From NCBI GenBank assembly GCA_044868695.1, contig JBIOWP010000040.1, forward strand, positions 1-29,660: 29,660 nt of DNA, in the 5' to 3' direction. Shown here one piece after another: positions 26,585 through 29,660 of this stretch. Each line of letters starts with the position of its first letter. The stretch's first letter is position 1. The translations under genes were made by a program, and so were the position numbers. Under the pieces are notes generated by a model, which had not been told where the DNA came from, did no database searches, and saw only the letters and a program-made list of their open reading frames with translations. Source of the stretch: a bacterium. Its GTDB lineage: Bacteria; Sysuimicrobiota; Sysuimicrobiia; Sysuimicrobiales; Kaftiobacteriaceae.

Positions 26585-26646
26585 TTCTCTTACCCCTTTG
26601 TCCTGCAAGCTATCACAGAGCCGAACCGGTTCTGTAACGCCCGAAT

Positions 26647-26675
26647 AGTATCTCACAAATTACCCGCGGGCGCAA
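26647..26675 (-). promoter_or_regulatory. Putative csp promoter
   Basis: Minus strand TTGCGC-N17-GATACT with extended -10 TGa; gives a ~55-nt leader containing a hairpin at 26612-26638. Confidence 0.5.
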
Positions 26676-26752
26676 TCACCCGACGGGCGGGGCGTGCGTC
26701 AGTTTGAAATACCCACTACCCTCTTCTAGGTCGTGGGGCGTCTGCATGGACG

Positions 26753-26975
26753 GGCGGCTGGCTGCTCGGGGGCGGTCCCTCGCGTCGAGTCGGGCGGCTT
26801 CAGCTTGGATGTGCAGGCCTCACGCTCCCTAGCCTGCTCGCCTGCCAATATGCGACGGAACACGACGGTCTCTACTTCTTTCCCGCGACATACCTCGGTC
26901 GATCCCTACCTCACGGCCTGCCAGCTGGTTGCCGCCCTCCAATCTCCGCTCGGGGCCGCCCCACTCGCCGCCGCC
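26753..26975. ncRNA. Candidate ~223-nt rod-like structured element (strand uncertain, minus favoured)
   Basis: Nested colinear inverted repeats: 26753-58/26970-75, 26769-79/26952-62, 26792-98/26931-37, 26801-05/26923-27, 26813-19/26915-21. Confidence 0.45.
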
Positions 26976-27020
26976 AGGTTCATCTGGTCCAGTCTACTAA
27001 CCCAAGGTACTCTCCTTGGC

Positions 27021-27292
27021 GTGGGGCGGGTGGAAGGCCGCGGAGCGACGTGGCGGCGAACTGTCGCCGCCGTGCGCGAGGGCCGCGTCGCGCAGGGCGG
27101 GGCCCCGCACGCAGCGGCACGCAGGGAGCACGACGCACGATGGAACGCGCGGTAGTGCGGGGGGGGCCCGGAGCAGCGTGCCCGGCCGTCGTGCAGGCCG
27201 GGTGAGCCCAGCCGATCGTGGCTGGCGAGCCCGAGCGCTACGCCCGGCGGGTGAGCCGCCCCGAGAGCGGAGCGGCCTTCCACGAGCCCCAC
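27021..27292 (+). ncRNA. Candidate ~272-nt multibranched structured element of unknown family
   Basis: 19-bp closing stem (27021-27/27286-92 and 27030-41/27272-83), several internal hairpins, and -10-like TACTCT ending 7 nt before the first paired base. Confidence 0.55.
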
Positions 27293-27307
27293 AGAAGACG
27301 GATGACA

Positions 27308-27320
27308 GTTCAGACTGAAC
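27308..27320. promoter_or_regulatory. Perfect palindrome, candidate operator of the cupin-ECF S operon
   Basis: GTTCAG-A-CTGAAC, 51 nt upstream of the cupin ATG. Confidence 0.4.
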
Positions 27321-27371
27321 CACTACTAGCGGACGGGCGGGGGATCTGGACAGGCCACCCGGAGAGGTGCG

Positions 27372-27890
27372 ATGCTGGGGGCGATGGCCACGAAGCACGA
27401 GCTTCCTCCCTCTCTCGCCGCCGCGCTCGCCCGGTTGAAGGTGCCGTTCGATTCGCGCGCGTTCCGGTGGCGCGGGGTGGACCCGCAGACGTACAAGTTC
27501 GCGCTCGGAGACGCGCGCGGCATGGGGTGGCGCGGCGTCACCCGCTATACGCTCGCCGGCCCCCCTGCCATTCCGGCCCGCTTTGAGCTGCGCTACTTCG
27601 AGTTGGCGCCCGGCGGCTACTCAAGCCTCGAGGAACACACCCACGCGCACTGCATCGTGGTGGTTCGGGGCAGCGGGAAGGCGCTGGTCGGAACAGAGGT
27701 GTTCGCGCTCAATCCGCTGGACGTGGTCTACGTGCCCTCCCGCACCCCGCACCGCTGGATCAACGACGGTGACGACCAGTTTGGATTCCTCTGCCCCGTC
27801 GACGCCGACCGCGATCCGCCGCAGCCGGTCAACGATCGGGAATGGGACGCGCTGGCGCGGAACCCCGTGACGGCCCCCTACACGTTCTAG
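27372..27890 (+). CDS. Cupin, resembling Rhodospirillum rubrum Rru_A2000 (methylthioxylulose-5-phosphate methylsulfurylase)
   Basis: RWRGVDPQTYK, GVTR, ELRYFELAPGGYSSLEEHTHAH, PHRW, FGFLCPVDADRDPPQ; GAGAGGTG RBS. Confidence 0.88.
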   Translation: MLGAMATKHELPPSLAAALARLKVPFDSRAFRWRGVDPQTYKFALGDARGMGWRGVTRYTLAGPPAIPARFELRYFELAPGGYSSLEEHTHAHCIVVVRGSGKALVGTEVFALNPLDVVYVPSRTPHRWINDGDDQFGFLCPVDADRDPPQPVNDREWDALARNPVTAPYTF

Positions 27891-27892
27891 CC

Positions 27893-28465
27893 ATGCCGGC
27901 GGTGCGCGAACCGCGGGCGCTGGCGCTGGTCGGCATGCTGGGCGCGGCGTCGTTCATCTTGATGGCGACGATCCAGGTGCCTCTCCTGCCCGCGGCGCCG
28001 TACCTGCGCTACGATCCCAGCGACGTCGTGGGACTCGTTGCGGCGGTGACGATGGGTCCGGTGCACGCGGCTGCCGTCGTCGCCGCAAAAGACCTGCTCT
28101 ACTTCTTCTTCCGGGCGCGGTCTGTCTTTGGGCCGCTGGCAAATTTCATTGCCGTGGCCACCTTCGTCTTCGTCGCCGGATGGGTGTACCGGATCCGGCG
28201 CCGGTCCGGTCTGGGCCCGCTGCTGGTCGCCTGCGGGGCGGGCGCGCTCGCGCGTGTCGTTGTGATGGTCCCGGCCAACTTCATCATCTTGAACCTGCAA
28301 CTGGGGATGCCGGCGGAGAAGGTGGCGTCGCTGATCTGGCCGGTGATCATCCCCTTTAACGCCGCTGCCAGTGTGATCAACACGGCGCTGTCGGTGCTAC
28401 TGTTCACCGCGCTCTGGCGTCGCGGGCTTTCGATTGCGCCAGATCGACCACCTTCACCGCCGTGA
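27893..28465 (+). CDS. ECF transporter S component (RibU-like)
   Basis: 190-aa hydrophobic protein with PYLRYDPSDV, GP, GPLANFIA and IIPFN motifs; starts 2 nt after the cupin stop. Confidence 0.85.
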   Translation: MPAVREPRALALVGMLGAASFILMATIQVPLLPAAPYLRYDPSDVVGLVAAVTMGPVHAAAVVAAKDLLYFFFRARSVFGPLANFIAVATFVFVAGWVYRIRRRSGLGPLLVACGAGALARVVVMVPANFIILNLQLGMPAEKVASLIWPVIIPFNAAASVINTALSVLLFTALWRRGLSIAPDRPPSPP

Positions 28466-29660
28466 TCCCGTCAACGCGGGTCAGCTCCGCGATCGCCGCC
28501 GGCGGCGCCGGAGAGTCGATGGTGATCACCATCACCGCCGTGCCGCCCGGCGCCGTACGGCCCACCTGCATCCCCGCGATGTTCACCTTCTGGGCGCCCA
28601 GAATCGAGCCCACCCGCCCGATCATCCCGGGCCGGTCCGCGTTCCAGACAAACAGCATGTGCTGGGCCGGCATCAGATCGATGCGGTAGTCGTCCAGGTG
28701 CGTGATGCGCGGCTCCCGCTGGCCGAACAGCGTCCCGCCCACCACCAGCGCTCCGGCGGTCGTGACGAGGCGGACGCGGATCAGACTGGCGAAGTCTTCG
28801 CTCTCCTCCCGGCGGACATCCGCGAGCGCGATGCCCCGGTCTTTCGCCACCAGCGCGGCGTTCACGATATTCACCGGGTGCTCGGAAACCGACTCCAGCA
28901 GCGCGGCCAGGAAACTGGCTCCCAGCAGGTCGAGCGGTTCCTGCGCCACCGCGCCCTCATAGATCAGCTCGACCTCGCGCACCTGCCCCTCGGCCAGTTC
29001 CCGGCCGACCGCGCCGAGCGCCCGCATGAGTTCCACGTACGGTGCAAGACGCGCCCAGGCATCCGTCTGCAGGACCGGGGCGTTGACCGCGCCGCGCACC
29101 GGGGCGCCCTCAAGCGCCGCCACGACTTCCTCGGCAACCTGCATCGCGATGCTGCGCTGGGCTTCCTCGGTCGACGCGCCGAGATGCGGGGTGACCACGA
29201 CCGCAGGATGAGCCAGCAACGGGTTTCCCCGCGGCGGCTCTTCCTCGAACACATCCAGCGCCGCGCCCGCGACCTTCCCCTCTTCGAGGGCGGCGAGGAG
29301 CGCCTGTTCGTCGATCAACCCACCACGCGCGCAATTCACGAGGCGGACCCCCGGGCGCATACGGCTCATCTCCCGCTCGCCGATCAGGTGTCTGGTGGCG
29401 GGGGTAAGCGGGATGTGCAGCGTGATGACGTCGCTGCGCTGGAGCAGCTCGTCTAACGACACCAGCTCGGCGCCGACACGGGCGGCGCGCTCCGGAGAGA
29501 CATATGGGTCGAACCCGATCACGCGCATGCCGAAGGCAGCGGCGCGGCGGGTCACCTCGGCCCCGATCCGGCCGAGACCGACCACACCCAGCGTCTTCCC
29601 CGCGAGCTCGACGCCGGTCAACCCTTCGCGCTGCCATAGGCCCTGCGACGCGGCGGACGA
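28404..29660 (-). CDS. serA: D-3-phosphoglycerate dehydrogenase, long form with ASB and ACT domains; 5' end off the window
   Basis: GKTLGVVGLGRIG, VNCARGGLIDE, AALDVFEEEP, TPHLGASTEEAQ, ACT motif NADRPGMIGRVG; frame open to the window edge. Confidence 0.96.
   Translation of the reverse strand, partial: SSAASQGLWQREGLTGVELAGKTLGVVGLGRIGAEVTRRAAAFGMRVIGFDPYVSPERAARVGAELVSLDELLQRSDVITLHIPLTPATRHLIGEREMSRMRPGVRLVNCARGGLIDEQALLAALEEGKVAGAALDVFEEEPPRGNPLLAHPAVVVTPHLGASTEEAQRSIAMQVAEEVVAALEGAPVRGAVNAPVLQTDAWARLAPYVELMRALGAVGRELAEGQVREVELIYEGAVAQEPLDLLGASFLAALLESVSEHPVNIVNAALVAKDRGIALADVRREESEDFASLIRVRLVTTAGALVVGGTLFGQREPRITHLDDYRIDLMPAQHMLFVWNADRPGMIGRVGSILGAQKVNIAGMQVGRTAPGGTAVMVITIDSPAPPAAIAELTRVDGITAVKVVDLAQSKARDARAR

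Noticed and set aside
26725..26983. TAG read-through extension of the small minus-strand ORF past 26906
   Set aside because: The downstream frame is open for about 60 codons but has no recognisable domain, and nothing in the window supports recoding.
26753..27292. RNase P RNA, SRP RNA, tmRNA or tRNA as the identity of the structured blocks
   Set aside because: No GAGGAAAGTCC, no SRP CAGG..GGAA..AGCAG domain, and no T-loop GTTCGA with CCA end on either strand.
27093..27320. FMN riboswitch upstream of the RibU-like gene (CAGGGCGGGG at 27093 and GACAGT at 27304)
   Set aside because: The conserved TGAAATTCCC, CCGGTG..ATTCCGG and AGTCYGGATGGGAG blocks are absent; only short fragments match.
26733..27586. 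ORF-track ORFs in the csp-cupin gap (26733-27155, 26906-27292, 26997-27398, 27016-27318, 27218-27586)
   Set aside because: Arg/Ala/Pro/Gly-rich, no RBS, no recognisable motifs; expected by chance in stop-poor GC-rich DNA.
18..29637. Long antisense or alternative-frame ORFs (e.g. 2636-4249, 4026-5288, 8279-9820, 10436-11947, 14133-15263, 28434-29456)
   Set aside because: They overlap well-supported genes and lack family motifs; typical high-GC shadow frames.

Overview
GC-rich bacterial chromosomal segment with about 29 densely packed housekeeping and nutrient-scavenging genes. Coordinates of start codons were refined by hand. I saw no mobile element, CRISPR array, tRNA or rRNA. Left part: SDR (partial), class III aminotransferase, an ATPase-less peptide-type ABC cluster with an acetamidase/formamidase, an exported beta-propeller, a trypsin-like protease, a YcaQ-family crosslink glycosylase and PuuD urate hydroxylase. 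Middle: a membrane protein, an LVIVD protein, an OmpR-type two-component system with a small membrane partner, DUF4032, a second ATPase-less peptide ABC cluster with an M14 deacylase, and a SsuABC/TauABC-like ABC system. Right part: LpqC-type esterase, a secreted hypothetical, SnoaL-like protein, cold-shock protein, an Rru_A2000-like cupin with a solitary ECF S component, and serA (partial). The most unusual signals are non-coding. First, the ~690-bp gap between csp and the cupin (26680-27370) holds two large folded elements: a ~223-nt rod and a ~272-nt multibranched element with candidate loop-loop pseudoknots. They sit back to back around a 45-bp spacer carrying divergent -10 hexamers. Second, an inverted array of 9-bp tandem repeats (645-789) fills the aminotransferase-SDR junction.
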